From Woeseiaceae bacterium (GTDB taxonomy: Bacteria; Pseudomonadota; Gammaproteobacteria; Steroidobacterales; Woeseiaceae), in contig JBGTHC010000045.1 in NCBI GenBank assembly GCA_041746375.1, positions 13,204-77,203 of the forward strand: a DNA stretch of 64,000 nt. The letters run 5' to 3'. The number at the start of each line of letters is the position of its first letter. Position 1 is the stretch's first letter. A program made the position numbers and the translations under genes. Below the pieces are notes generated by a model. That model was given only the letters and a program-made list of their open reading frames with translations. It ran no database searches and was not told the origin of the DNA. Shown here piece after piece: positions 29,613 to 40,142 of this stretch.

Positions 29613-31625
29613 GTGAGGTCATCGCTGCGACTTCTGACGGCATTACTGGCCTGCATAGCCTGCGGCAATACGTCTGCCGACACCGCTCCATTGCTGGAGC
29701 AACAGCGCCAGGCGTTTCGTGAGGCCTACCCGGCCGCTGAGCTGGGCGACTGGGCGCCTGCCGCGGCGCGGGAAGGCTTGCTCGAGGGTTATATTCTTTG
29801 GCCCGACCTGCGCGCCGCGTATCTTCGAACGCGCGCGGGCGCTGTCGAGCAAGCCACGGTCGATGCCTTTCTTGAGCGTTACGGCGCCCTCAAGCCCGGC
29901 CGCGAGCTGCGCTATCGACATGCCGTGCAGCTGGCCGCAGCGAAAAGGATGTCGGCGTACCTCGACGTATACAAAGCTTTTTATGAGGGACTCGGCATTG
30001 CGCGACTCGATTGCCTGGCGGCCCACGCCGAAATACTGGACGGCAATGGCGGGCGAATTGCGGCCAGGGCGATGGATTTGTGGCTGACCGGCTACAGCCA
30101 GGCCAACGAGTGCGATCCTGTTTTCGATTATTTGCGTGGCGCCGGATTATTGGAAGAGGAAGCGTATCGGCAACGTTTCGCGCTGGCGTTGTCTGCCGGG
30201 CAATTCTCGCTGGCACGCTACCTGGCGCGCTCGATCGATGAGAAAGCGTTCGCGGAAGCCGATCAATGGCTCGCAGCACAAAATCGGCCGCTGGATTTTC
30301 TGGCCACCGAGAATGAGCACGCAGACGATGACGTTCATCGCGACCGCCTCCTGCTTGCTCTTGAGCGAATCGCATGGACGGACGCCCGCCTCGCGGAGGA
30401 CCACTGGGTCAATTTACGCGGGCAGCGCGAATTCTCGCAACTACAGATTTCCGGCATGTCACGGCACGTCGCGTTATGGCTCGCCAGACAGCACGAAGCG
30501 GATGCCGCGCGGCGCCTGATCGAGTTGGACGTCGAAACGCGTGACGCTGAAGTCAGGCGCTGGCTCGTGCGTGCCTTGTTGCGGCAGCATGCCTGGGAAG
30601 CCGTCGTCGCAGTCATCAGGTCTATGCCGCCCGACGAGCAGGAAAGCGAGGAGTCACGTTATTGGCTCGCAATAGCATTGTTGCAGCGTGGTGATGAAGC
30701 AGCAGCTCGTACGATCTTCGAAACACTCGCGATCGGCCGCAGTTACTACAGCTTTTTGGCTGCCGACGAACTGGACCAGGAATACGCGTTTGCGCACGCT
30801 ACGCTGACTGCCAACGATGAAATCTTGACCCGCCTTGCGAAACGCGACGCCATCCTCCGCGCACGCGAACTTTTTTATGTCGGCCTTGAAAGTCGCGGTC
30901 GCTCTGAATGGGACGATGCCATCAGCCTTCTGAGCCTGGAGGAAAAGGCTCAAGCGGCGATCCTGGCGCAGCGATGGGGCTGGCATTCGCGAGCCATTGC
31001 CACGGCGGCGGCGATCGGTATGTACGATGATCTGGTGCTCCGCTACCCGCTCGCGTATCACGAGGAATTCGCCAGGCATTCGGCGGCTGCCAGCATTCCG
31101 CATGGCTGGGCGTACGGGGTCGCTCGCAGTGAGAGCCTGTTCATTCCGGACATTCGCTCGAGCGCGGGCGCCATCGGCATTATGCAACTCATGCCGGCTA
31201 CGGGACGCCGCACTGCCAGTGACTTGAATCTTCCATGGCAAGGCCTGCCCACGCTGACCGATCCCGCGAACAACATTCGCCTCGGTACATCTTACCTGGG
31301 CCAGATGCTGAAGCAGTTCGCAGACAATCGAGTAGCAGCAACGGCAGCGTACAATGCCGGCCCGGCCAGGGTTGAGAAATGGCTTGCCGAATCCGCACAG
31401 CTCGACGCGCGGATCTGGATCGAAAACATTCCGTACAACGAAACACGCGATTACGTGCGACGCGTCATGGTCGCCGATGCCATATTCAACTGGAGACTGA
31501 CCGGCCGTACGCACCGGTTGACCCACTTCCTCGGCACGCCCGATCCGGCCGTCCAACAATTGGCCATCGCTGGCAGGAATCGCCCGGGCAATGACTGCGA
31601 TACAACGGACGTCGGCTATTGTTGA
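29613..31625 (+). CDS. slt: soluble lytic murein transglycosylase
   Basis: Track ORF starts at 29553; GTG 29613 gives a better signal peptide (VRSSLRLLTALLACIACG). Superhelical N-domain plus an SLT catalytic domain (RSESLFIPDIRSSAGAIGIMQLMPATG). Confidence 0.85.
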   Translation: MRSSLRLLTALLACIACGNTSADTAPLLEQQRQAFREAYPAAELGDWAPAAAREGLLEGYILWPDLRAAYLRTRAGAVEQATVDAFLERYGALKPGRELRYRHAVQLAAAKRMSAYLDVYKAFYEGLGIARLDCLAAHAEILDGNGGRIAARAMDLWLTGYSQANECDPVFDYLRGAGLLEEEAYRQRFALALSAGQFSLARYLARSIDEKAFAEADQWLAAQNRPLDFLATENEHADDDVHRDRLLLALERIAWTDARLAEDHWVNLRGQREFSQLQISGMSRHVALWLARQHEADAARRLIELDVETRDAEVRRWLVRALLRQHAWEAVVAVIRSMPPDEQESEESRYWLAIALLQRGDEAAARTIFETLAIGRSYYSFLAADELDQEYAFAHATLTANDEILTRLAKRDAILRARELFYVGLESRGRSEWDDAISLLSLEEKAQAAILAQRWGWHSRAIATAAAIGMYDDLVLRYPLAYHEEFARHSAAASIPHGWAYGVARSESLFIPDIRSSAGAIGIMQLMPATGRRTASDLNLPWQGLPTLTDPANNIRLGTSYLGQMLKQFADNRVAATAAYNAGPARVEKWLAESAQLDARIWIENIPYNETRDYVRRVMVADAIFNWRLTGRTHRLTHFLGTPDPAVQQLAIAGRNRPGNDCDTTDVGYC

Positions 31626-31635
31626 CGTCGTAGCT

Positions 31636-32706
31636 CTATTGCTCGTTCAGCTTGGTCATACGAGCGAGACGTTCTTCATGTGACAAGTCGGCCAGTTCGC
31701 GAGAACGAGTGTAAAAACATTCGAGCTCCTGCACGCATTCGTCGTAAATGTTCCGGAATGCTTCGGACCAGCCTTCGTAGAGTCCAAGCGACACCAGCCG
31801 GGCATTGTTAAGCGGTTCTGCCAGTGCAATGCGACCCGGCGCAGCGCTTTGCTCGTTGAGTACTTCGACCTCCCGGATCAGCCCGGCGAAAATTCGCTGC
31901 TTGTCCTGGCGCATGACCTGCGGTTCGATCGCCGAAGCGTAAAGCGCGGTGAGACTGGATCGGGTTTCTTCGACCAACTCCACCAACGCACGCTGGCGCT
32001 GGCGGGAATTTCGGTAGGTGTGCAGTATCTCGTCCTCATTGCGCATGATGAGCCAGCGACGGATGCCGAAATCGGCGACTGCCGTTGCAAAGGACTCGTT
32101 AAATCGGCTGTCTCCCTTGACGTACAGCACCTGGTGCGCAAGTTCGTGGAAAATTACCGCGACAAGCTGCGTATCACTCCACTGCATCATTGTATTGAGC
32201 ACCGGGTCGGCAAATCGACCGAGAGTCGAATAGGCCGCCACACCACCGACGGCCACGTCATAGCCGTCCGTTCGCAACGACTCGGCCTTCTCTTCCGCGG
32301 CATCCTGCGAAAAGTAGCCGCGATAGGCGACGCAGCCCGCCACCGGGAAGCACCATTGCCTGGCTTGCACGGAGAATTCCGGCGCTGCGAAGACATTCCA
32401 CACAACATAATCACGCTCAAGGTCTGCATAACTGAGGTAACTGTCATTGTCCGGCATTTGCAACTGGTCAATCGCAAATCGGCGAGCTTGCTGCACCAGG
32501 CGCAGCTTTTCTTTCAGCTCACTGGATATGTCGGGATTCGTCAGGACTTGATCGATGGGCCGCCGACTTTTCATCACATCCCGGTGCCCGTTGATCGCCT
32601 GGACGTAGTAACAACCCTGCAGAAGGAGGAGCGCCGCAACGGCGGATAACGCCAGCACCCGTCGCCGCTTTGGCAGCGTAATCTGGCTGATTAAATGAAT
32701 CGACAA
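31636..32706 (-). CDS. putative zinc aminopeptidase lipoprotein (HExxH)
   Basis: Lipobox LLLLQGC and zinc motif FHELAHQ. Start placed at TTG 32706; the track ORF runs to 32778 and would overlap the cca start. Confidence 0.65.
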   Translation of the reverse strand: MSIHLISQITLPKRRRVLALSAVAALLLLQGCYYVQAINGHRDVMKSRRPIDQVLTNPDISSELKEKLRLVQQARRFAIDQLQMPDNDSYLSYADLERDYVVWNVFAAPEFSVQARQWCFPVAGCVAYRGYFSQDAAEEKAESLRTDGYDVAVGGVAAYSTLGRFADPVLNTMMQWSDTQLVAVIFHELAHQVLYVKGDSRFNESFATAVADFGIRRWLIMRNEDEILHTYRNSRQRQRALVELVEETRSSLTALYASAIEPQVMRQDKQRIFAGLIREVEVLNEQSAAPGRIALAEPLNNARLVSLGLYEGWSEAFRNIYDECVQELECFYTRSRELADLSHEERLARMTKLNEQ

Positions 32707-32776
32707 TGCTTCGACCTTTGCTGTCCGTGCCGGCAGGCGGCAGACGCCCGCACAAGCGATTCTGTAGAATCGCACC

Positions 32777-34012
32777 ATGGAAGTTTACCTTGTTGGCGGC
32801 GCCGTCCGTGACGAGCAGCTCGGCCTGGTCCCGGAAGAGCGTGATTGGTGCGTCGTTGGCGCAACTCCCGAGGAGTTGCGAGCGCTTGGTTATCGGCAGG
32901 TCGGCAAGGATTTCCCGGTGTTTCTGCATCCGGACTCCGGGGAAGAGTATGCGCTGGCAAGAACGGAGCGCAAAACGGGTCCTGGCTACTCAGGATTCGC
33001 GTTTCATAGCTCGCCGGATGTCACGATCGAAGACGATCTGACCCGCAGGGACCTGACCGTCAATGCAATGGCACGCAGCACTGCCGGCCTGCTCATCGAT
33101 CCGCACAACGGGCGTGCCGATCTTGAAGCCGGCATTCTGCGCCATGTCTCGGATGCCTTTGTCGAGGATCCGGTGCGGATTCTGCGAACAGCGAAATTTG
33201 CGGCCCGATTCGCCACTCGGGGCTTCAGAATCGCCGATGAAACGCTGCAACTCATGAAACGCATGGTCGATGAAGGCGAAGCGGATGCGCTCGTCCCGCA
33301 TCGGGTCTGGAAAGAAACCGAGCAGGCGCTCGGAGGTCCGGCTGCGCGTACGTATTTCGAGGTATTGCGGCATTGCGGCGCGCTCGCTGCGGTATTTCCC
33401 GAAATCGATGCCTTGTTCGGGGTCCCGCAGCCCGCGAAATGGCATCCGGAAGTGGACTGCGGCTTACACGCACTGATGGTGCTCGATCAGGCAACGAAGC
33501 TTAGCCCGGACGTCGACGTGCGCTTTGCCGCGCTCGTGCACGATCTCGGCAAAGCGACGACACCGCAGGCATCGTTGCCAAGCCATCCGGGTCATGAGCG
33601 TCGCAGCGTCAAACTGATCAAGTTGATGGCGGAACGTTTCCCGGTGCCGACGCCATGCCGCGAACTGGCGCTGCTGGTTGCAGAGTTTCACGGCCACTGC
33701 CATAAGGCACTCGAATTAAAGGCTGCGACGATACTGAAGGTACTGGAGCGGACTGATGCATTCCGCCGACCGGAGCGATTTCGAAAATTCCTGCTTGCCT
33801 GCGAAGCCGATGCGCGTGGCCGCACGGGCTTCGAGGAGCACCCGTATCCGCAAGCCGCGTTCCTTCTAGGAGCATTTACGGCAGCCGCGGGAATCGTCGC
33901 AAAGGATGTGGCCGCACCCGATCTCAGCGGAGCGCGGATCGGCGACGCGATTCGGCGTAAACGCCTGCAGACCATCGGCGCCTTTCGAGGCGGCGCCGAC
34001 CGCACGTCATAA
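32777..34012 (+). CDS. cca: multifunctional CCA-adding enzyme (tRNA nucleotidyltransferase with HD phosphohydrolase domain)
   Basis: 411 aa. MEVYLVGGAVRDEQLG opening and an HD domain (HPEVDCGLHALMV...VHDLGK). Confidence 0.92.
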   Translation: MEVYLVGGAVRDEQLGLVPEERDWCVVGATPEELRALGYRQVGKDFPVFLHPDSGEEYALARTERKTGPGYSGFAFHSSPDVTIEDDLTRRDLTVNAMARSTAGLLIDPHNGRADLEAGILRHVSDAFVEDPVRILRTAKFAARFATRGFRIADETLQLMKRMVDEGEADALVPHRVWKETEQALGGPAARTYFEVLRHCGALAAVFPEIDALFGVPQPAKWHPEVDCGLHALMVLDQATKLSPDVDVRFAALVHDLGKATTPQASLPSHPGHERRSVKLIKLMAERFPVPTPCRELALLVAEFHGHCHKALELKAATILKVLERTDAFRRPERFRKFLLACEADARGRTGFEEHPYPQAAFLLGAFTAAAGIVAKDVAAPDLSGARIGDAIRRKRLQTIGAFRGGADRTS

Positions 34013-34378
34013 ACCGCCGAAGAAATACCCGAACACGGACAATACGGTGGACCTGCCGTAGTTCGCCGAATCATCGAACGCCAGGCGGAATTCTATGTCG
34101 CTGGCCTTGCCGAGAGGCGTCAGGAAACCGATGCGGATGGAGTCAACCTGCCCCTGATCCACGGCCGTTTGCCAACGACTGAAGCCGACGTCGAGAGATT
34201 TCAGTCCGAACTCTATCTCCATCCCGACGTGCCACCGTTCATCGAGCACCGCTCGCCCCTCTTCGGTATCCATTTCGGCGCCGAGGCCGATGACGAACCC
34301 GTCGTTCGCTCCTTGCGCAGTACTGCAGGCCAGAAGCGCGGCCGCTGCACGCCATCCGCATGCCTTAGACGAGAACAT
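34007..34378 (-). CDS. small hypothetical lipoprotein
   Basis: ATG 34378 gives MFSSKACGWRAAAALLACSTAQG (lipobox LLAC) followed by beta-rich sequence ending FGYFFGGL. It overlaps the uppP 3' end by 14 nt and the cca 3' end by 6 nt. No family recognised. Confidence 0.35.
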   Translation of the reverse strand: MFSSKACGWRAAAALLACSTAQGANDGFVIGLGAEMDTEEGRAVLDERWHVGMEIEFGLKSLDVGFSRWQTAVDQGQVDSIRIGFLTPLGKASDIEFRLAFDDSANYGRSTVLSVFGYFFGGL

Positions 34379-35162
34379 AAAGAATGACGGCCGCGAGCAA
34401 GAGTCGGTATATGACGAACGGCAGCAAGCCGCGCGTGGTGATGAAACGCATGAAGAACGCAATGCTGAAGTATGCGACCAGGCCGGAAATCAGCGCGCCG
34501 GCGGCCAGTTCTCCCCACGATACGTTGCCGCCATCGAGCAACAGGGTGGTCGCTTCGTAGGCCGTCGCGAGCAGGATGACTGGCGCAGACAGGAGAAACG
34601 AGAATCGGGCGGCGTCCTGGCGTTTGAAACCGAGCAGCATGCCCGCGGTGATAGTGACTCCCGAACGCGAAGTACCCGGAACCAATGCCAAAGCCTGGGC
34701 GCAGCCGATTAGGATTGCGTCGCGCAGGCGAACTTCCGTGATTATCCGCTCCTGACGACCGAAGCGGTCCGCAAAACCGAGCAGCAGCCCGAAAACGGAC
34801 AACGTTACGACCACAACCAGCGGGTCGCGAAGGTTGTCGCTGATCCAGCCCGCCAGTATCAAGCCGACAATTGCCGCCGGTACCGTGCCGATCACGATTG
34901 CCAGCGCCAAGCGGGCCTCGAGCGTGTCTGTGCGTCCGCCCGGCAGTTGCAGACCGCCGCGCGCCGCACCGATGAGGTCATTGCGAAAATAGAGGCAAAC
35001 GGCGCCCAGAGAGCCGAAATGCACAGCGACGTCGAATACCAGGCCTTGGTCGGTCCAACCGGCGAGATACGGCACCAGCACCAGGTGTCCTGAACTCGAT
35101 ATCGGCAGAATCTCGGTCAGGCCCTGGATGACGGCGAGTACCGCAATCTGCAGCCATGTCAT
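34365..35162 (-). CDS. uppP: undecaprenyl-diphosphate phosphatase
   Basis: The track ORF extends to 35396 with a non-homologous-looking 5' extension. The conserved N-terminus MTWLQIAVLAVIQGLTEILPISSSGHL starts at ATG 35162 (265 aa). Confidence 0.9.
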   Translation of the reverse strand: MTWLQIAVLAVIQGLTEILPISSSGHLVLVPYLAGWTDQGLVFDVAVHFGSLGAVCLYFRNDLIGAARGGLQLPGGRTDTLEARLALAIVIGTVPAAIVGLILAGWISDNLRDPLVVVVTLSVFGLLLGFADRFGRQERIITEVRLRDAILIGCAQALALVPGTSRSGVTITAGMLLGFKRQDAARFSFLLSAPVILLATAYEATTLLLDGGNVSWGELAAGALISGLVAYFSIAFFMRFITTRGLLPFVIYRLLLAAVILYVLV

Positions 35163-35202
35163 GTCGCGCTCCGCGGTAGCGGGCAAGCACCGGTGAAAAG
35201 CG

Positions 35203-36393
35203 TCACAGAATGTGCGTCCTGTCCAGTTTTGCAAACGACGTTGGTAACGGCATTTCGCCGCGCGCCAATCCCAGGCATTTGAAGTTTTCTCCCATCTCTT
35301 CCGGCAGTGTGAGTATTTTGACCTGTCTCGACAGGTCGATCTGTGAGGCGGTAGGCAAACGATTGAAATGTTCGAGCTCCTCGCTGAGCCCACCATTCAA
35401 CAGGAATTGCGCTTGTGACACGAAACCGGTGATTTCCATGCCGGCGCCGGATGCCGCTTCGGCAACGGCGGTAAAATCGACCCAGGCGGTCAGGTCCTGG
35501 AGGCCGGGATAGATCAACGGGTCGTTGTGCGCACGGTGCCTGAAATGACAACGTAACCAGCCGTCACCTCGATCCGGCGCGTAGTATTCCCGTCGTGACA
35601 ACCCGTAGTCGAACAGGAACATAAAGCCGGATTCGATGCTTGCGGCTACATCACTTACCCACTTCGCCAGTCCCGTCGAAACCTCCGAGAGGAATCCGCT
35701 CGCCAGTTCACGGCCGACCGTCGCTTCGATATGGGTAACCGCCTCTGCCAGGAATCGCGGCGCTGCGGCACGACACCACACGAAAGTGTCCTGATCGCAG
35801 CCAACTCGCATTTGCATAACCTCCCTGCCCGACATACTGAAGCGTTCAACCGGTAGCGCATCGGCAACTTCGTTGGCGATGACGACACCGCGAAATTGCT
35901 GCGGCAAACGGTCCAGCCACGCCACTTTCGGCATCAGCTCCGGTACTTGTGCGCCGATAAGGCGCTGTTGCTGCGCGATCAGGTCCGGCGAGACCTCGAG
36001 AATCAGGTAACGCTGAAATTCAATGCCATTCGCTGTCAGGGAGCGCAGGATTTCAATCGCCAATCGTCCGCTGCCGGCACCCAACTCCAGGACGGCGCCG
36101 TTCGGCAGCTGCTGCAAGACGGAGGCGCACTGCCTTGCCAGCACGCGCCCAAACAACGGTGCAATCTCGGGGGCCGTTACGAAATCCCCGGCCGCTCCAA
36201 ACCTGGCGGCACCTGCAGTGTAATAACCCAGGCCCGGCGCATAGAGGGCCTCGTGCATGAATTCAGCGAAACTGATACTGCCGCCCGAGCGCTCGATCAA
36301 TGCACGAATATGACCGGCCACCACTTCACAATGAGCAAGTCCGGCGGCATCCGGTATCGGCAAGACTTCTGTGTTGGCTTTGTTCGAATACAT
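35203..36393 (-). CDS. class I SAM-dependent methyltransferase, MidA/NDUFAF7 (DUF185) family
   Basis: 396 aa. FAEFMHEALYAPGLGYY, GDFVTAPEI and LELGAGSG motifs. Confidence 0.8.
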   Translation of the reverse strand: MYSNKANTEVLPIPDAAGLAHCEVVAGHIRALIERSGGSISFAEFMHEALYAPGLGYYTAGAARFGAAGDFVTAPEIAPLFGRVLARQCASVLQQLPNGAVLELGAGSGRLAIEILRSLTANGIEFQRYLILEVSPDLIAQQQRLIGAQVPELMPKVAWLDRLPQQFRGVVIANEVADALPVERFSMSGREVMQMRVGCDQDTFVWCRAAAPRFLAEAVTHIEATVGRELASGFLSEVSTGLAKWVSDVAASIESGFMFLFDYGLSRREYYAPDRGDGWLRCHFRHRAHNDPLIYPGLQDLTAWVDFTAVAEAASGAGMEITGFVSQAQFLLNGGLSEELEHFNRLPTASQIDLSRQVKILTLPEEMGENFKCLGLARGEMPLPTSFAKLDRTHIL

Positions 36394-36527
36394 GGTTCAG
36401 CGGCGACGTAAGATGCGGCACAATGTATTGCCCTTGCAAATGCCCTTGTCAATGCCCTTAGTGGCGCCCGTGCGCCGCGATTGCCACGGGTGCTCCGACA
36501 GTTCAGCCCTCAACAACAGGTTCGCCG

Positions 36528-37286
36528 TTGTCATCATTGCCTCTCAGTACGCTGCAAGACCGTATCGCTCTGGTAACCGGCGCCGGGCGTCGTATCGGCG
36601 CGGCCATTGCGCGGCGACTGCACGAGGCCGGCGCCGGCGTCGCGATCCATTATCACAACTCAACCGAAGACGCCCGGGGCCTGAAAGACGAGTTAAACCG
36701 CTTACGCCCGAACTCCGCAGAGATATTCCAGGCAAACCTGACACAATTCGACACGCTCGTACCGTTGACAGAAAACGTCGTTCAATGGCGCGGGCAGCTC
36801 GACTATCTCGTCAACAATGCCTCGAGTTTCTACGCGACGCCGCTCGGTACCGTTACCGAAACGCAATGGGACGACCTGATTGGCAGCAACCTCAAAGCGC
36901 CGCTGTTTCTTTCGCAGGCTGCCTGGCCGCTGCTGCGGCGCCAACGCGGCGCCATTGTCAACCTGATAGATATTCATGCGCAACGACCCTTACGGCAATA
37001 CGCCGTTTATGGCTCCGCCAAAGCCGGACTGGCCATGCTGACCCGAGCACTGGCGAAGGAAATGGCGCCGGATGTTCGTGTCAATGGCATAGCGCCCGGT
37101 GCGATTCTCTGGCCGGAAGACGGTATGAGCGACGCGGCGAGAGACAGCATCACCGCCCAGATACCGCTTGGCCGGCCCGGCAACCCGGAGGACATTGCCG
37201 GATGTGTCTTGTACCTGTTGCGTGACGCTGGCTATGTGACCGGCCAGATCATCGCGGTCGACGGTGGACGCAGCATTGGCTGGTGA
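36528..37286 (+). CDS. folM: short-chain dehydrogenase, pteridine reductase / FolM-like
   Basis: 252 aa with a TTG start. TGAGRRIG Rossmann motif and YGSAK catalytic YxxxK. Convergent with folK-folB. The folM symbol is tentative. Confidence 0.65.
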   Translation: MSSLPLSTLQDRIALVTGAGRRIGAAIARRLHEAGAGVAIHYHNSTEDARGLKDELNRLRPNSAEIFQANLTQFDTLVPLTENVVQWRGQLDYLVNNASSFYATPLGTVTETQWDDLIGSNLKAPLFLSQAAWPLLRRQRGAIVNLIDIHAQRPLRQYAVYGSAKAGLAMLTRALAKEMAPDVRVNGIAPGAILWPEDGMSDAARDSITAQIPLGRPGNPEDIAGCVLYLLRDAGYVTGQIIAVDGGRSIGW

Positions 37287-37313
37287 CTCTTGCGGCGCCC
37301 GGTCCGGCGGACT

Positions 37314-37808
37314 TCATGCCTCGAAGTCAATGGACTCTTGCTGTAACGACCGTCCGGAGCCGGGAAATTGCTGCCAGTGCAGGTGGAGACGTTTGCCGGT
37401 AACCGGGTGCACATAGTCCGGCGCTAATTCTGCAAGCGGCCGCAATACAAAATCGTAGTCGAGCACATCGCTGCGAGGCAGTTGCAAGTCGTCCGTATCG
37501 ACCAGTACGTGATCGTACAGTAACAAGTCGATGTCCAGTTCCCGCGCCGCCAGACCGACGCAGTTTCGGCGCCGGCCGACCAACTCGTGAATTTCGTCCA
37601 GCACCCGAAGAACGTCGACAGGCGACAGGTCCGTTCTGGCGCGGACCACCAGGTTGAGAAAGTCGTGACCATCAAAGCCAACCGGCGCGTTGCGATAAAC
37701 GGCTGACGTTTCGAGATCATCGAACCGTCGCCGGAGCTCTTTGATTGCCAGACGCAGATGCCGTACCGGCCGGATGTTGCTGCCGACACCGAGAAAAATG
37801 TTTGCCAT
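37314..37808 (-). CDS. folK: 2-amino-4-hydroxy-6-hydroxymethyldihydropteridine diphosphokinase
   Basis: 164 aa. MANIFLGVGSNI...SAVYRNAPVG...LDIDLLLY pattern of HPPK. Confidence 0.88.
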   Translation of the reverse strand: MANIFLGVGSNIRPVRHLRLAIKELRRRFDDLETSAVYRNAPVGFDGHDFLNLVVRARTDLSPVDVLRVLDEIHELVGRRRNCVGLAARELDIDLLLYDHVLVDTDDLQLPRSDVLDYDFVLRPLAELAPDYVHPVTGKRLHLHWQQFPGSGRSLQQESIDFEA

Positions 37809-37817
37809 CGAGCCGTG

Positions 37818-38198
37818 TCAGGCGGGTGCCTTGCTGCGAAATATTACGACTCCGACATCCCGGGCGCCGCGGATCGCGCCCGGCTTGCTGACCCGGACGC
37901 GAATCCAGGGTACGTCGAATTCATCGAGTACCAGAGAGGCAATCTTCTCCGCCAGCGTTTCGACCAACTGAAAGCTCGAATCAGCGACAAATTCCTGCAC
38001 GCGTTTGGCTACCGCCTTGTAATTGAGCGTCGCCTCGATTCGGTCGCTTTCGGCTGCTCGCCGCATGTCACCGCCCATTTCGAGATCGATACTGACGGTT
38101 TGGCGAATCTGTCGTTCCCAGTGCCAAATGCCGACGACGGTCTCGACTCGCAACTCGTGCAGGAAAATCGTATCGGAGTTCTCGCGTTCCATCGTCAA
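37818..38198 (-). CDS. folB: dihydroneopterin aldolase
   Basis: 126 aa. IFLHELRVETVVGIWHWERQIRQTVSIDLEM and NYKAVAKRV are typical of FolB. Sits directly upstream of folK. Confidence 0.88.
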   Translation of the reverse strand: MTMERENSDTIFLHELRVETVVGIWHWERQIRQTVSIDLEMGGDMRRAAESDRIEATLNYKAVAKRVQEFVADSSFQLVETLAEKIASLVLDEFDVPWIRVRVSKPGAIRGARDVGVVIFRSKAPA

Positions 38199-38216
38199 TC
38201 CTGGTTTCGTATCCCG

Positions 38217-39230
38217 TCACCCGGGCGACGGTGCCGACAGTGTATCGAGTGGCCAGCGCGCCACAGCCTTGATCGCCCCCGCGTGTACGCCGTCCTCCAG
38301 GCGTAACGCACCGGCAAGCGCGATCATTGCCCCATTGTCCGTGCAAAACTCGATGCGCGGATAGAAAACGCGGCCGTCGAACTTTCGGGACAGTTCGTCG
38401 CGCAACAGCCGATTGGCACCCACGCCGCCGGCCACAACGATGCTGCGGCTACCCTCGTGGCGAGCCGCTTGCAGAGTACGGCCAACCAGGGTATCGACGG
38501 CGGCGCGCTGGAACGACGCCGCAATATCGGCCCGGGCCGCGACCAGTTCGCCCGCTGCGGCCAGTTCGCGCACCTGCATCATGACCGCGGTCTTGAGCCC
38601 GCTGAAACTGAAGTCGAAACCGGGCCGATTGAGCATTGGCCGTGGCAACGGAAAGGCGTTTTCGTCACCGTGCTCGGCAGCCCGGGCAAGCGCCGGTCCG
38701 CCGGGATAGCCAAGACCGAGCAGCTTCGCTGTCTTGTCGAAGGCTTCGCCGGCCGCATCGTCCAGGGTACGACCGAGAATGCGATAGCAGCCGATCCCGT
38801 CCACTCCCACCAGCATCGTGTGACCCCCTGACACCAGCAATGCGAGGAAGGGAAAATCCGGTGCGTCCGACTCGAGCATGGTCGCCAGCAGATGTCCTTC
38901 CATGTGATGCACGGGTATCACGGGGCAATTCCAGCCAAGTCCGAGGCCGTTCGCCACACCACTGCCGACCAGCAATGCGCCGACCAGCCCGGGCCCCGCG
39001 GTGTACGCGACGGCGTCCGGGCGGCGCAGCGCTCCCGCCTCCAGGACCTCTTGGATTAAGGGCAACAGAATCCGTATATGGTCACGTGACGCTATTTCTG
39101 GTACGACTCCGCCATACCGCGCATGCAGATCGACCTGGCTGTGTAATGCATGCGCAACCAGGCCGCGGGCGGTGTCAAACAGCGCCACCCCGGTTTCATC
39201 GCAGCTGGTTTCCAGTCCGAGCACTTGCAT
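38217..39230 (-). CDS. tsaD: tRNA N6-adenosine threonylcarbamoyltransferase
   Basis: 337 aa. [13 protein letters not shown] and HHMEGHL motifs. Divergent from rpsU, as in many proteobacteria. Confidence 0.93.
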   Translation of the reverse strand: MQVLGLETSCDETGVALFDTARGLVAHALHSQVDLHARYGGVVPEIASRDHIRILLPLIQEVLEAGALRRPDAVAYTAGPGLVGALLVGSGVANGLGLGWNCPVIPVHHMEGHLLATMLESDAPDFPFLALLVSGGHTMLVGVDGIGCYRILGRTLDDAAGEAFDKTAKLLGLGYPGGPALARAAEHGDENAFPLPRPMLNRPGFDFSFSGLKTAVMMQVRELAAAGELVAARADIAASFQRAAVDTLVGRTLQAARHEGSRSIVVAGGVGANRLLRDELSRKFDGRVFYPRIEFCTDNGAMIALAGALRLEDGVHAGAIKAVARWPLDTLSAPSPG

Positions 39231-39277
39231 AGGCGCCGCATCTTAACTTAGCCGGCCGGAAATGGGCCGCCTTTTCT

Positions 39278-39306
39278 TTGCATTATCCGTATCTTGCCGA
39301 TATCAT
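39278..39306 (+). promoter_or_regulatory. sigma-70 promoter of the rpsU-dnaG-rpoD operon
   Basis: TTGCAT-17 nt-TATCAT, about 115 nt upstream of the rpsU ATG. Confidence 0.5.
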
Positions 39307-39422
39307 GCCGGGTCTTACCCCGGCCTTCGTGCCGGGTTTATTTGTCCTGACCATTGCCTTTAATGTTGCGCGCCGTTGCGCAATTTTCAGGGTGCAATTT
39401 CTTAGCCGGAACCGAATTTGCC

Positions 39423-39638
39423 ATGCCGAGTGTTCGTATCAAGGAAAACGAGTATTTCGATGCCGCCCTGCGCCGCTTCAAACGCGCGTGTGAGAAAGCC
39501 GGTGTCCTGACCGAGTTGCGTCGACGCGAGTTTTACGAAAAGCCCACCCAGGAGCGCAAACGCAAGAAGGCTGCGGCCGTGAAGCGCCATCTCAAGCGGA
39601 TTTCACGCGAAGTATCGCGGCGCAAACGCCTTTACTGA
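39423..39638 (+). CDS. rpsU: 30S ribosomal protein S21
   Basis: The track ORF starts at 39354. The conserved start [27 protein letters not shown] is at ATG 39423 (71 aa). Confidence 0.95.
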   Translation: MPSVRIKENEYFDAALRRFKRACEKAGVLTELRRREFYEKPTQERKRKKAAAVKRHLKRISREVSRRKRLY

Positions 39639-39692
39639 ACATCAGTCAGCAAAGCGGACCATGAGAAATGGTCCGAACGGGCCCGGAGCACC

Positions 39693-40142
39693 ATGACGCT
39701 TAAAGGGCAAATTCAGAGCGATATGAAGGATGCCATGCGCGCCGGTGACAAAGACCGGCTCAAGGCAATCCGTCTCGTTCTGGCCGCAATCAAGCAAGTC
39801 GAAGTCGATTCGAGAGTGGAAGTGGATGACGCAGGTGTTCTGCGCATTCTCGACAAGATGCTCAAGCAGCGTCGCGATTCCATTGTGCAATTCCGCAGCG
39901 GCTCGCGTGAGGATCTGGCGCAAATCGAGTTGGCTGAAATAGCCGTGCTTGAAACGTACACGCCCGAGCCGCTTGCCGACGACGAGCTGGACGTCCTCAT
40001 TGCCGATGCCATTCGTGACAGCGGCGCTACGAATATCCGGGACATGGGCAAAGTGATGGTCCGTCTCCGCGACACGACCGGCGGCCGGGCCGACATGGCC
40101 AGCGTTGGCAGCAAGGTCAAGGCAAGTCTGTCGGGTCAATGA
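39693..40142 (+). CDS. yqeY: GatB/YqeY domain protein
   Basis: 149 aa. MTLKGQIQSDMKDAMRAGDKDRLKAIRLVLAAIKQ is the typical opening of this family. Confidence 0.85.
   Translation: MTLKGQIQSDMKDAMRAGDKDRLKAIRLVLAAIKQVEVDSRVEVDDAGVLRILDKMLKQRRDSIVQFRSGSREDLAQIELAEIAVLETYTPEPLADDELDVLIADAIRDSGATNIRDMGKVMVRLRDTTGGRADMASVGSKVKASLSGQ

Noticed and set aside
36371-37225. 284-aa plus-strand ORF overlapping the SDR gene in another frame.
   Set aside because: The 36528..37286 frame has clear Rossmann (TGAGRRIG) and YxxxK motifs. The alternative frame is Arg-rich with no motifs.
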